Positions 17,773 to 27,158 of a stretch of 63,802 bases of DNA are shown one piece after another (position 1 is the stretch's first letter; every line of letters starts with the position of its first letter). The translations under genes were made by a program, and so were the position numbers. The stretch comes from a virus. Taxonomy: Duplodnaviria > Caudoviricetes. The stretch is taken from positions 1-63,802 of IMG/VR virus record IMGVR_UViG_3300042922_000620, one strand, 5' to 3'. The notes under the pieces were generated by a model that was not told where the DNA came from, ran no database searches, and saw only the letters and a list, made by a program, of their open reading frames with translations.

Positions 17773-19584
17773 ATGGCCGACAAGGCTCCCAAGAAGTTCG
17801 AGGTTCCGGTCAACGACGCGGGCGAGATCACGCTTGCCGAAGACCTCACCCTCGAGTCGATCTCCGAGACGCGTGACGCCGCGAAGGCGTACCTCAAGGA
17901 GGTCGACATCGCCAACGCCGAGGAACTCGACGCGGCAACCCTCGAGCACATCGAGCAGGTGCTCTCGTACGTGGACGCCCTGGACGCCCGCGACGGCGAG
18001 ATCACCGCCGAGCAGGAGGCGCTCGACGCCCGCCTGACCGCAGCCCGTGACCGCGCGGCCGCACTCAACAAGACCGCCGAGGAGTCCGCCGAGGGCGAAG
18101 GCGGCGAGGGTGAGGGCGAAGGTGACGGAGAGGGTGAGTCCGTCGAGGGCGAGCCCGCCGAGCAGGAGGCCGTCCTGGCATCCGGCCGTCGGCGCCCGAC
18201 CGTCGCCCGGGCCGCCCGCAAGGCGCCCGAGGTGATCCTCCCCAAGGACGAGAAGGCGGGTCGCAAGACCGTCGTGCTCGCTGCGGCGAACGTCCCGGAC
18301 TTCAACCAGAACCAGGAGATCGACTCGCTCGACACCCTGGCCGACGCCTTCCTCTCGCTCACCGGTGCGTTCGGTGCTCGCGGTGTCGACCACTTCGGTC
18401 GCGGCGCGGCGAAGACCACGCACCGTGAACTGACGAAGAACGCGGCGCGCAAGGGCGTGGCCCGCATCAAGCGCGACGAGAACCAGTTCTCCGTCGACCG
18501 CGACATGTCGGCGGCCGAGCAGATGCAGATCATCCTCGACGCCTCGGACGAGGTGAAGCGCTTCGGCTCGTTCGGTGGCCTCACCGCCGCCGGTGGCTGG
18601 TGCGCCCCCTCGGAGACGATCTACGACCTGTTCTCGTACCACACGGGCGCGGGCACGTTCGACATCGCCGAGGTCACGGCACGCCGTGGTGGCATCTCGT
18701 TCACCAAGGGCCCGGACTTCATGACGATCTTCGCCGACCCCGACGCGGGCTGGTCGATGACCGAGGCGCAGGCCGAGGCCGGCACCTTCACGAAGCCCTG
18801 CTTCGCGCTCGAGTGCCCCCCGTTCGAGGAGGTCCGCCTGGACGCGATCGGCTTCTGCGCCACGGCGCCGCTGCTGACCGAGGCCGGCTACCCGGAACTG
18901 GTCCGCATGGTGCTGTCGATGCTGGCCGCTGGTCACGAGCGTCGCAAGAGCGCCGCGACCATCGCGCGCATCTCCACCATGATCGGAGCGGCCACCGTGT
19001 TCGCGCCGGTCGGGGCAGCGGGCAGCCAGTCCGGCTACGCCGACACCCTCGCCGCGCTCGAACTGGACGCCAACCGCATCCGGCAGACGCTGGCGATGGA
19101 CCCCAACGCCACGGTCGAGGCGGTCTTCCCGTACTGGGCCTACGGCGTGTTCCGCACGGAACTGTCGCGCCGCCTGGGTCTGGACAACCCGTTCCGCATC
19201 ACGAACTCGGACATCGACTCGCACTTCGCCCTCCGCGGCATCCGTGCGCAGTTCGTGTACGACTACCAGATGCTCAGCACGGGCGCGGCTGGCACCGCCG
19301 GTGGCACCGCGGCATGGACGGCGTGGCCGACCACGCTCGAGTACATGATCTGGCCCGCCGGTGCGTTCACCCGCCTGGTGAACGACGTCATCAACCTCGA
19401 CGCGGTCTACGACCACGACCTGCTCACGCAGAACGAGTACACGGCGGCGTTCATGGAGGAGGGCTTCGCGGTCGCCAACACGCGCGGCTTCGGCCTCAAG
19501 CGCACCGTGGCCCTGAACCCCGAGGGCTCCTCGGGCTTCCCGGCCATCGGCGCTGGCGCAGACGTCACCTTCGCCACGGTCTGA
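17773..19584 (+). CDS. Major capsid (hexamer) protein with N-terminal scaffold-like region
   Basis: Acidic coiled-coil N-terminus, LTAAGGWCAPSETIYD, NEYTAAFMEEG. Confidence 0.9.
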   Translation: MADKAPKKFEVPVNDAGEITLAEDLTLESISETRDAAKAYLKEVDIANAEELDAATLEHIEQVLSYVDALDARDGEITAEQEALDARLTAARDRAAALNKTAEESAEGEGGEGEGEGDGEGESVEGEPAEQEAVLASGRRRPTVARAARKAPEVILPKDEKAGRKTVVLAAANVPDFNQNQEIDSLDTLADAFLSLTGAFGARGVDHFGRGAAKTTHRELTKNAARKGVARIKRDENQFSVDRDMSAAEQMQIILDASDEVKRFGSFGGLTAAGGWCAPSETIYDLFSYHTGAGTFDIAEVTARRGGISFTKGPDFMTIFADPDAGWSMTEAQAEAGTFTKPCFALECPPFEEVRLDAIGFCATAPLLTEAGYPELVRMVLSMLAAGHERRKSAATIARISTMIGAATVFAPVGAAGSQSGYADTLAALELDANRIRQTLAMDPNATVEAVFPYWAYGVFRTELSRRLGLDNPFRITNSDIDSHFALRGIRAQFVYDYQMLSTGAAGTAGGTAAWTAWPTTLEYMIWPAGAFTRLVNDVINLDAVYDHDLLTQNEYTAAFMEEGFAVANTRGFGLKRTVALNPEGSSGFPAIGAGADVTFATV

Positions 19585-19591
19585 TCTCGCA

Positions 19592-19626
19592 GCCCTGGGG
19601 CTCGGCTAACCACCGGGCCCCAGGGC
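19592..19626 (+). terminator. Hairpin between the two capsid genes
   Basis: GCCCTGGGGCTCGG/CCGGGCCCCAGGGC. Confidence 0.6.
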
Positions 19627-19648
19627 ACCAAACCGGAGAGGAGGAGGC

Positions 19649-20389
19649 ATGGCCATCCTGGTTCAGGCCCCGCCCCGCACGCCCCGCGAGGGCGGGATCA
19701 AGTCCGTCGCGAGTCCCTTCATCACCGTCCCCCGGCTCGGACTGCCGGAGGGCGATCTCGTCTGGGAGGACTCCACCTGCGGGTTCACCGACGAGACCTG
19801 GGTCGACTGCGTCCGCCCGCTGGACGCCGAACTCAAGACCGGCGCTGGCGTCACCCAGTACGAGGTCCAGGTCCCCGCGTTCGCCCGCTACAAGGGCGTC
19901 TCATGCTTCATCGGCGGTGACGGTGTAGGCCCGTCGTTCCAGGAGCAGGCAGAGTCTGCCCTGGCCGCCGGTGAGGATCGTCCGATCGAGGCCGCACTGT
20001 GGGCCTGGGCGGCTCTCGCGCCGACACCTGGCGCCGCGGCGACCATCGCCGAGGCCATCGCCGCCGCCGAGGATTACGCCGACACGAACTACGTCGGCCG
20101 CCCCATCCTGCTGATCTCCCGGGAGGACGCGGAACTCGCGTACACTGCCGGCGCACTGGACTTCGTGAACGGGAACCTGGTCACGGGGAACAAGACCCCG
20201 GTGCTCGCCTCGGGAGAGATCCCGTCGGGCTCCATCGCTGTTGTCGGCGGCATCGCCGTCTACGTCACCGACGTCGTAGCCAAGGCCGCGGCCGAGTACG
20301 AGGACAACATCATCCTGGCTGTCGCGGAGCGCAAGTATGCCATCGGCATCGACTGCGCCTTCCGCTACGTCGTCACCGTCACGCCGTAA
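19649..20389 (+). CDS. Major capsid pentamer protein
   Basis: Follows hexamer gene; NLVTGNKTPV, NIILAVAER..DC motifs. Confidence 0.75.
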   Translation: MAILVQAPPRTPREGGIKSVASPFITVPRLGLPEGDLVWEDSTCGFTDETWVDCVRPLDAELKTGAGVTQYEVQVPAFARYKGVSCFIGGDGVGPSFQEQAESALAAGEDRPIEAALWAWAALAPTPGAAATIAEAIAAAEDYADTNYVGRPILLISREDAELAYTAGALDFVNGNLVTGNKTPVLASGEIPSGSIAVVGGIAVYVTDVVAKAAAEYEDNIILAVAERKYAIGIDCAFRYVVTVTP

Positions 20390-20403
20390 CGAGAGGAATC
20401 ATC

Positions 20404-20868
20404 ATGGCGAATGTGATCCCGGAGGGCTACGAACTTCTCGTCGGCCGCTCCCGAGACAAGGCCCGCGAGGCCATCGAGACCGCACAGGAGCGCGGCTTCC
20501 CCGTCGAGTCCGTGCTCACCCAGCGGGATGGCTACCTCATCCCGCTGGACCCGAACGCCGAGCCCGCGACCGCCGAGGCGCAGGAGATCGTACTCCCGAA
20601 GGACTCGGACAACCACCAGGCGATCGACGACTTCGCCGAGAAGTACGGCCTGTCCTACGACGGCATCGAGGCGAAGGATCCCACGAAGCCGACGAAGGTC
20701 GAGAAGATCGCCCACCTCGCCAAGGCGCTCGAGGCCAAGGCGGCGGAGAACGACGCTCACCTCGAAGCGACCGGCGAGGCCACTCCCGTTGGCGAGGACG
20801 CGGGCGACCAGACCGACGACCAGAGCACCGACACGGCACCCGCCGACGACCAGAGCAAGGAGGACTAA
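20404..20868 (+). CDS. Hypothetical virion-region protein
   Basis: GAGAGGA RBS, acidic tail. Confidence 0.75.
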   Translation: MANVIPEGYELLVGRSRDKAREAIETAQERGFPVESVLTQRDGYLIPLDPNAEPATAEAQEIVLPKDSDNHQAIDDFAEKYGLSYDGIEAKDPTKPTKVEKIAHLAKALEAKAAENDAHLEATGEATPVGEDAGDQTDDQSTDTAPADDQSKED

Positions 20869-20871
20869 GCC

Positions 20872-21822
20872 ATGCCTCGCACCGCATCCCGCCTCAAGGC
20901 TGTCCGCGGCCACGCGATGCGCGCCACGCGCGTCGACAACTGCGGCCGCCTCGTCATCGGCGAGTACAACCAGGCCGTCTCCGAGGGTGTGGTCACCACG
21001 ACCTTCACCCCGCGCACCATCGAGACGCCGGAGATCAACGTCCCGAACTTCGCCGGCAAGCGCTGCGTCTACGAGGCGTCGTCCGTCGACCTCGCCGGGT
21101 ACGACGTGACGATCGAGTTCTGCGACGTCGACTTCGAGATGTTCGAGATCATCACCAAGCAGCCGCTCGTGCTCGACGCGTCCGGCCGAGTGGTGGGTCT
21201 CGAGATCGACACCGCGATCAAACTGACCGACGGCTTCGCCCTCGAGACGTGGACGGGCGCCCAGGGCTCCGACGCGTGCGAGGACCCCGACGCCGAGGGC
21301 CAGTGGGGCTACCTGCTCATGCCGCACCTCAAGGGCGGCATCGTGGGCGACATCACGGTGGCCAACGACGCGGTGAACTTCACGATCACCGGCGCCGGTA
21401 CTCGCGAGGGCAACTACTGGGCCAACGGCCCGTACGCCGTCGAACTCGACGAGAACGGCGTGCCCGCCGCGCTGGCACAGGCCGTGTCGCGCACGGCCGC
21501 GCTGCGCATCGAGGTCGTCTCGGTCGCGCCGCCGACCGAACTGGTGGGCGCACGTCCGGTGCTCGACCCGGCGCTCCCGGCGCTGACGTCGATCGCCGCC
21601 ACGGAGGACGCCGGGGATGTCACGGGCATGACCGCGGACTTCGCGACCACGCCCGCCGCCACCGGCCCCGTGTGGTGGGACTTCGGCGACGGAGACTGGG
21701 ACCTCGTGGTCGCTCCCGGCGCCGCATCGCACCAGTACACCGACCCGGGCACCTACACGGTGCGCGCGTCCCAGAACGGCATCGCCTGGCCGACGACCAC
21801 GGTCGTCGTCCCTTTCCCGTAG
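20872..21822 (+). CDS. Major tail protein with C-terminal PKD/Ig domain
   Basis: RATRVDNCG, FCDVD, FALETW, WDFGDG...HQYTDPGTYTV. Confidence 0.85.
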   Translation: MPRTASRLKAVRGHAMRATRVDNCGRLVIGEYNQAVSEGVVTTTFTPRTIETPEINVPNFAGKRCVYEASSVDLAGYDVTIEFCDVDFEMFEIITKQPLVLDASGRVVGLEIDTAIKLTDGFALETWTGAQGSDACEDPDAEGQWGYLLMPHLKGGIVGDITVANDAVNFTITGAGTREGNYWANGPYAVELDENGVPAALAQAVSRTAALRIEVVSVAPPTELVGARPVLDPALPALTSIAATEDAGDVTGMTADFATTPAATGPVWWDFGDGDWDLVVAPGAASHQYTDPGTYTVRASQNGIAWPTTTVVVPFP

Positions 21823-21874
21823 GCCCCACCACTGGGTTCGGGTATGGCCCGTTCGGTCATGGAGCATTCGGCCA

Positions 21875-21910
21875 CGGCCCCGCCTGAACTCAGTGGTTCA
21901 GGCGGGGCCG
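21875..21910 (+). terminator. Hairpin terminator
   Basis: 15-bp perfect stem CGGCCCCGCCTGAAC/GTTCAGGCGGGGCCG. Confidence 0.75.
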
Positions 21911-21929
21911 TTCCCCTCAGAGGAGATGA

Positions 21930-23315
21930 GTGATGCCCTTCACGACTGACATTCCCGCGGAGAACACCGACCCGTGGTACGCGGAGATGGCCGCGGCGTG
22001 GGAGTCCCTCAGGGTGTTCATCGATGGGCTCGAGAGCGACATCGCACTCCCTCCCGACCTGTCGATCTACACCCGGTTCGTGTTCGTGACCGACGGCAAC
22101 CCGAGCCCGGCACGACCTGGCCCTCCGGGTGGGCTCGTGCTCTGGATCGACACCCGTACCACCCAGAGCACGGATCCGCCGGCGATGGGTTCGCAGGACA
22201 TCATCATCGGCGGGGCACCGGCGCCCGCGCCCGAGCCACCCACGATCATCACGACCGCGTTCAACTCGATGGTGATGAACTCTCCCTTCACGCAGCAGAT
22301 CGTCGTGGTCGGCGATCCGCCGCTCACCTTCGGAGCGACCGACCTGCCCGCGGGCCTGACGATGGGTGCCACCGGCATCGTCTCCGGCACGCCGACAGTC
22401 GCTGGCTCTGGCAGTGCATCGGTGACCGTCGAGAATGTGGCGGGCAGCGACGAGCAGGTCATCCCCTGGACGGTGGCCGCCTCGCTGTCGCCGCCTGTTC
22501 TCGGGCCGCCCACGCTCAACGAGATGACCCAGAACCAGGCGTTCACGCAGACGCTGACCAATACGGGCGGCCCCATCGCGTCGGTCAGCACACTCGGCAC
22601 CGTTCCCCCAGGACTCTCGGTGTCGCTCAATGGTGGACTGCCTGTCGTGGCCGGTACTCCCACGGGGTCGGGGGCATACTCGTTCACCGTGCGCGCGACG
22701 AACGCCGCCGGATCCGACGACCAGTTGTACACCGGCACGATCACCGCCGCCCCGCCGACCGGCTCCGCCTCCGTCTTCGGCTCGGCGAGCCCTGGTGCGG
22801 CCGACATCTACACCGACGGTGGTGGATCGCTGCGACAGGGCAACCGGTTCCAGACTGACCTGGCCGTGGTCGTCACGGGCCTCAAGTTGTGGAACCCACC
22901 GGCGGCGGACCCGACGCTGCTCGGCACCGACGTCACGGCGTACGCCTACCTGAACGACTACCAGGGCGCGCAGTTGGCCGGCTCCATCACCTGGGGCTCA
23001 ACTCCGGTGGCGACGAAGGTGCACACCGCGACGCGCGTGGCCGGGGAGTGGACGGAGATCCTGTTCGACGAGCCGATCACGCTGCCCGCGCTGACCACCA
23101 CTCCGGGCGAGAACGACGTACTCACCCTCGCGGTGCAGTACGCGGGCGGCCAGTACTACATCATCGTCCCGGGCCTGCTGGCCGATCCGATCTTCTCGGC
23201 CGCGGGGCATGTGTCGCTTTCGCAGGCGAGCGACCCCGGTCGTGGCGTGAACACGCTCATCACCGGCACCACGACTGCCTACTACGCCATCGACATCATC
23301 TTCGAGGTGCCCTGA
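21930..23315 (+). CDS. Virion accessory protein with putative Ig repeats and DUF4082-like domain
   Basis: LPAGLT..TGIVSGTPT and VPPGLS..GTPT..YSFTVRATN repeats; GEWTEILFDEPITL. Confidence 0.7.
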   Translation: MMPFTTDIPAENTDPWYAEMAAAWESLRVFIDGLESDIALPPDLSIYTRFVFVTDGNPSPARPGPPGGLVLWIDTRTTQSTDPPAMGSQDIIIGGAPAPAPEPPTIITTAFNSMVMNSPFTQQIVVVGDPPLTFGATDLPAGLTMGATGIVSGTPTVAGSGSASVTVENVAGSDEQVIPWTVAASLSPPVLGPPTLNEMTQNQAFTQTLTNTGGPIASVSTLGTVPPGLSVSLNGGLPVVAGTPTGSGAYSFTVRATNAAGSDDQLYTGTITAAPPTGSASVFGSASPGAADIYTDGGGSLRQGNRFQTDLAVVVTGLKLWNPPAADPTLLGTDVTAYAYLNDYQGAQLAGSITWGSTPVATKVHTATRVAGEWTEILFDEPITLPALTTTPGENDVLTLAVQYAGGQYYIIVPGLLADPIFSAAGHVSLSQASDPGRGVNTLITGTTTAYYAIDIIFEVP

Positions 23316-24646
23316 TGAGACTGCTCTCCCTGCGACCTGACGGCACGTTCCCACCCTCCGCGATCCCCGGAGGCTCGGTGGGTGGCACCTTCTACCCGGA
23401 GGACTATGGCGCGGTCGGCGACGGCGTGACCGACGACACGGCGGCATGGAAGGCATGCATCGCCGCAGCGATCGCGGCCGCGCCGGACCACAACTACGCC
23501 GTCACCGTGCAGGCGCAGCCCGCCGAGTACCTCATCGCGGGCGACCCGGTGCCTGGCCACGAGTACGGCAACGCACAGATCCCCATCCCGCACAACATCG
23601 GCACGAACCGCAAGATCGTCCTCACCATCCGTGGTGCAGCCGACGCCGGGGCGTTCCTGTACTGGAACCAGAACGCGCCGCAGTCGATGGGCACCGTCCT
23701 CAAGTCCACACTCGCAGACGGTGTGGACGACGCCGAGTTCGGCACCCCCTCTGTCATCGGCGGCCCGACGAACCTGGCGGACGCCCCGCAGGACACCTAC
23801 GCGACGCTTTCCAACATGCTCGTGGTTTTCGACGGCATTCAGATCCAGGTGCCCTACGCCGCCACCGCGCTCATCGGCATCGACCTCCGGCTCGTCGCGA
23901 ACGCCAGCCTGGTCACTGCGTCCGTCTTCGCGGATCGCTCGCTGAACACCGTGCCGGCCATCGGCGCCCCGACCGAGATCACCACCGCGGGCGTCTACAT
24001 GCCGCGCACCGGGAACAACGTCCGCAACACCATCGGGGCGTACACCTCCGAGGGACTCGGGATCGGGATCGCCCTCGGCGAGCACACGCAGGCGGCGTTC
24101 ATCGGCCTGGTCTACTGCAACCGCGGCGTCGTCATCCAGGGCACCGGCGGCCCGCAGTGGCCGGACGGTACGCAGCGCTACACCACACACGGTTTCCAGA
24201 TCGACCACCTGCTGGTCGAGGCGACCTACGTCTGGCTGTACAACAACGGCGCCAACGCCCAGGTGGTCATCGATCTCATGGGCGGCGAGGGCGTCACGGC
24301 GTTCACCGAGCACGTCTACGACCCCAACGACCGGCTCGTCGGCCGGATCAACTTGCTCGACATCTACCAGCAGTTCCTGACCATCAACGGGGCTGCCGGC
24401 ATGCGGATCATCAACGACCAGATCGCGCCGGGACCGCGCGCCGACCAGCCCGCCCTGACGCCCGGCGTGGAGGTGGTGAACCCGTACTACCGCGACGCGC
24501 TGGTCGGGATCACCGGCGCCGTGACGGACGTCACGATCGGCGGCGTGTCGATGGGCGCGACCCCGGGGCAGTACCTGGTTCCCAGTGGCTCGAGCATCGA
24601 GGTCGCCTCGGCGGGGACACCGGACTGGGAATGGCTGCTGCTGTGA
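23315..24646 (+). CDS. Beta-helix tailspike/depolymerase-like protein
   Basis: EDYGAVGDGVTDDTAA (pectate lyase 3-like N-terminus). Confidence 0.75.
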   Translation: MRLLSLRPDGTFPPSAIPGGSVGGTFYPEDYGAVGDGVTDDTAAWKACIAAAIAAAPDHNYAVTVQAQPAEYLIAGDPVPGHEYGNAQIPIPHNIGTNRKIVLTIRGAADAGAFLYWNQNAPQSMGTVLKSTLADGVDDAEFGTPSVIGGPTNLADAPQDTYATLSNMLVVFDGIQIQVPYAATALIGIDLRLVANASLVTASVFADRSLNTVPAIGAPTEITTAGVYMPRTGNNVRNTIGAYTSEGLGIGIALGEHTQAAFIGLVYCNRGVVIQGTGGPQWPDGTQRYTTHGFQIDHLLVEATYVWLYNNGANAQVVIDLMGGEGVTAFTEHVYDPNDRLVGRINLLDIYQQFLTINGAAGMRIINDQIAPGPRADQPALTPGVEVVNPYYRDALVGITGAVTDVTIGGVSMGATPGQYLVPSGSSIEVASAGTPDWEWLLL

Positions 24647-24680
24647 CCGAGACGGGTATCCTGAGCCCGAGGAGGTCGCG

Positions 24681-25493
24681 ATGACGATCTGTTACCCATC
24701 GACCACCGACTGGTCCTGCGCCTTCGACCAGGCCGAACTGCAGGCCCTGCGGGACGTGCCGGCATCGGCGCACAACCTCGCGGTGTCCGAGGCGTTCGCC
24801 TGGTATCTGCTGGCCTCCCTCACGGGATACCGCATTGGCGTCTGCCCGGTCACTGTGCGCCCGTGTGCGTCCCGCTGCGCCCCCAGTGGGACCTGGCTCG
24901 TCGCACCCGTTTCTCGCGCGTCCACGGCGGCCCTGGGCGGCCGCATCGGTCTGCTGAACCCCTTCATCTCGGGCGGCGTCTGGTACAACGCCTGCGGATG
25001 CCGCGATCAGTGCGAGTGCACCAACCTGCCCGCCGTGGACCTGCCCGGCCCGGTCGGCAAGATCGAGAGCGTGATGCTCGAGGGTGTCGAACTGGATCCG
25101 ACCGCATACCGCGTCGAGGACGGCTCGCGGCTGGTCCGCACGGACGGCGAGCCCTGGCCGGCATGCAACGACGGCACCTTCGAGGTGACCTACTACCGCG
25201 GGGCCGCGCCGAACATCATGATCGAGCGCGCCGCGGGCATCCTCGCCCACGAGTTCTACCTCTCCTGCGAGGGTGGCGCGTGCCGTCTGCCCAGCAACGT
25301 CGTACGCGCCTCGCGCGGAGGCGAGTCGTACGAGTTCCAGCCGACCGACTTCCCAGACGGACAGACCGACATCCCCGAGGTGAACGCGGTCATCCGCATC
25401 TACAACCCGAACGGCCTCAAGATGCCAGTCACCATGGCCTCGCCTGAGACGGTCGGCACTGGCGGAAGGATGACGACGTGGCGGCGCCGCTGA
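24681..25493 (+). CDS. Head-to-tail adaptor
   Basis: CPVTVRPC, LPGPV, LVRTDGEPWPAC, CRLP motifs. Confidence 0.8.
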   Translation: MTICYPSTTDWSCAFDQAELQALRDVPASAHNLAVSEAFAWYLLASLTGYRIGVCPVTVRPCASRCAPSGTWLVAPVSRASTAALGGRIGLLNPFISGGVWYNACGCRDQCECTNLPAVDLPGPVGKIESVMLEGVELDPTAYRVEDGSRLVRTDGEPWPACNDGTFEVTYYRGAAPNIMIERAAGILAHEFYLSCEGGACRLPSNVVRASRGGESYEFQPTDFPDGQTDIPEVNAVIRIYNPNGLKMPVTMASPETVGTGGRMTTWRRR

Positions 25494-26017
25494 TCGATCT
25501 CGTCGATGACGCGAAGTTCTGGCCGATGCTGCAGTCGCTCGTCGACTGCATGTGCACGAGCCTGGCCGAGGCGAAGGGTCCCGCCCTCTGCTACTGCGGG
25601 CTCTACGTGGGCGACACGCAGCCGCCGCTGGGCGTCATGGACTGCAGTGGCCAGGCGTGCGGGATCGCGTGGGTGCGCCCCGTTTCGTCGTACCCCTCCT
25701 CGGCCTTCCCGGCGGCCGAGGAGGGGACGCTCGCCTCGTGCTCCGCGCCGCTGGCGATGCAGGTGGAGATCGGCGTCGCGCGCTGCATGCCGCGACCGAC
25801 TGGCAAGCAGGTGCTCGCCGACCCGCAGGAGATGTTCGACGCGGCCCGGCTGTACATGAGCGACCTACAGGCGGTCAGGAAGGCGATCGCGTGCTGCTTC
25901 GGTGACCTGCGCAAGGACCCGGCCAAGCGCTCATGGCAGCACTCGCTGGCCGAGTGGCAGCCCGTCCCCTCCGGCGCCGGCGTCTCCGGCGGCATGTGGA
26001 ACCTGTTCATCGGGTGA
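25478..26017 (+). CDS. Tail terminator/neck protein
   Basis: Position; Cys-rich EIGVARC motif. Confidence 0.6.
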   Translation: MAAPLIDLVDDAKFWPMLQSLVDCMCTSLAEAKGPALCYCGLYVGDTQPPLGVMDCSGQACGIAWVRPVSSYPSSAFPAAEEGTLASCSAPLAMQVEIGVARCMPRPTGKQVLADPQEMFDAARLYMSDLQAVRKAIACCFGDLRKDPAKRSWQHSLAEWQPVPSGAGVSGGMWNLFIG

Positions 26018-26021
26018 TGGC

Positions 26022-26450
26022 ATGCCGCTCTCGTACCGCGTGCACGTACTGCGGCGGAACCTGACCGCGCAGTTCCAGTCGACCGGCCAGGCGGGGCGCT
26101 GGCTCGACCGCCTCGGCACCCGGATGTTCCGCGCTGCCCAGATCGAGGCGGGTCGTATCAGCCGCACCGGCACGCTGGTGCGCGGTCACCGCATGGACCC
26201 CGTGCGCGGCATCAACCAGTTCGCCTGCGACGTCCACATCTACAACATCGCTGAGCATGCCGCCTGGGTGCACGGTGGGACGATGACGCCCATCGAACCG
26301 ACGACGGCCAACAACCTGTCCGTCCCTATTGCCCGCGGCTCGACCGTGCGGCATCTCCGCAAATCAGTGCGGGGCCAGACGGCCAATCCCTGGCTGGATC
26401 GCGCGTGCGCGCGCGTGGCGCGCTCGGTCGGCGCGGTCGACTACGGATGA
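26022..26450 (+). CDS. HK97 gp10-like neck protein
   Basis: RTGTL, HAAWVHGGT, VRGQTANPWL. Confidence 0.7.
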   Translation: MPLSYRVHVLRRNLTAQFQSTGQAGRWLDRLGTRMFRAAQIEAGRISRTGTLVRGHRMDPVRGINQFACDVHIYNIAEHAAWVHGGTMTPIEPTTANNLSVPIARGSTVRHLRKSVRGQTANPWLDRACARVARSVGAVDYG

Positions 26451-26516
26451 GCCGTCCCAATCTTGGGATGGAACGCCGTCTAACAGTGGTACGCTGACCC
26501 CGACGAAAGGGGACTC

Positions 26517-26969
26517 ATGCTCGAGTTCACGAAGGCAGTCGAGGCGAAGGTCCGCGAGGAGGCCGATCCCGACGAGGATGTCGTGGAGGTGAACCTCTGG
26601 GGCCTCAAGGTCCAGGCTCGCCGCATGACCACCACCCAGGCCGCCCTGCTCATGGGCTCCGGCGCTCGGCCGATGAGCGAGCAGACCGCCGCGATTCTCG
26701 GCACCATCGAGGCGATGATGGGCATCCGGGCGCGACGCCACGTCCAGGAACTCATCTTCGCCGGCCAGATCGAGATGTCGGACCTGTTGGGCGGGAACGA
26801 CAGGACCGAGATGGGCGTCATCGATGCCGTGATCGAGGAGTTCACTGGCCGCCCTACCCAGCCGTCTACCGTCTCTTCGCCATCGCGGGCCACTGGTGGG
26901 CGGAGATCGACGGGCCGCTCGCCGGGCAAAGGGTCGACGCGCTCGACCTCCCCCTCCACCGATTCCTGA
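26517..26969 (+). CDS. Tail assembly chaperone (G)
   Basis: Upstream of tape measure; EEFTGRPT then Ser/Thr-rich tail. Confidence 0.75.
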   Translation: MLEFTKAVEAKVREEADPDEDVVEVNLWGLKVQARRMTTTQAALLMGSGARPMSEQTAAILGTIEAMMGIRARRHVQELIFAGQIEMSDLLGGNDRTEMGVIDAVIEEFTGRPTQPSTVSSPSRATGGRRSTGRSPGKGSTRSTSPSTDS

Positions 26970-27145
26970 ACCTGATCTACTCGTGGGCCGCTCAGCGGAT
27001 CGACCCCGAGCAGTACTCGAGTGTGTCGCTGTGGCGCGCAGATCTTGAGGCGCCGCTAAACGGGCGCAGACGCAAGGTCAGCGATAGAGTGGCGGCGGAA
27101 GACTTCGCCATGTTCCAGCAGGCACAGGCGGCTCTGAACGGCTGA
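26843..27145 (+). CDS. Tail assembly chaperone frameshift extension (T), -1 frame
   Basis: Open -1 frame PYPAVYRLFAIAGHWWAEIDG...LPLHRFLNLIYSW... ending just before tape measure. Confidence 0.7.
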   Translation, partial: HWPPYPAVYRLFAIAGHWWAEIDGPLAGQRVDALDLPLHRFLNLIYSWAAQRIDPEQYSSVSLWRADLEAPLNGRRRKVSDRVAAEDFAMFQQAQAALNG

Positions 27146-27158
27146 GAGGGGTCGGCGG

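Noticed and set aside
20337-21887. 516-aa ORF as an independent gene
   Set aside because: Arg-rich off-frame overlap of real genes; only its last ~23 codons look meaningful, as the frameshift extension
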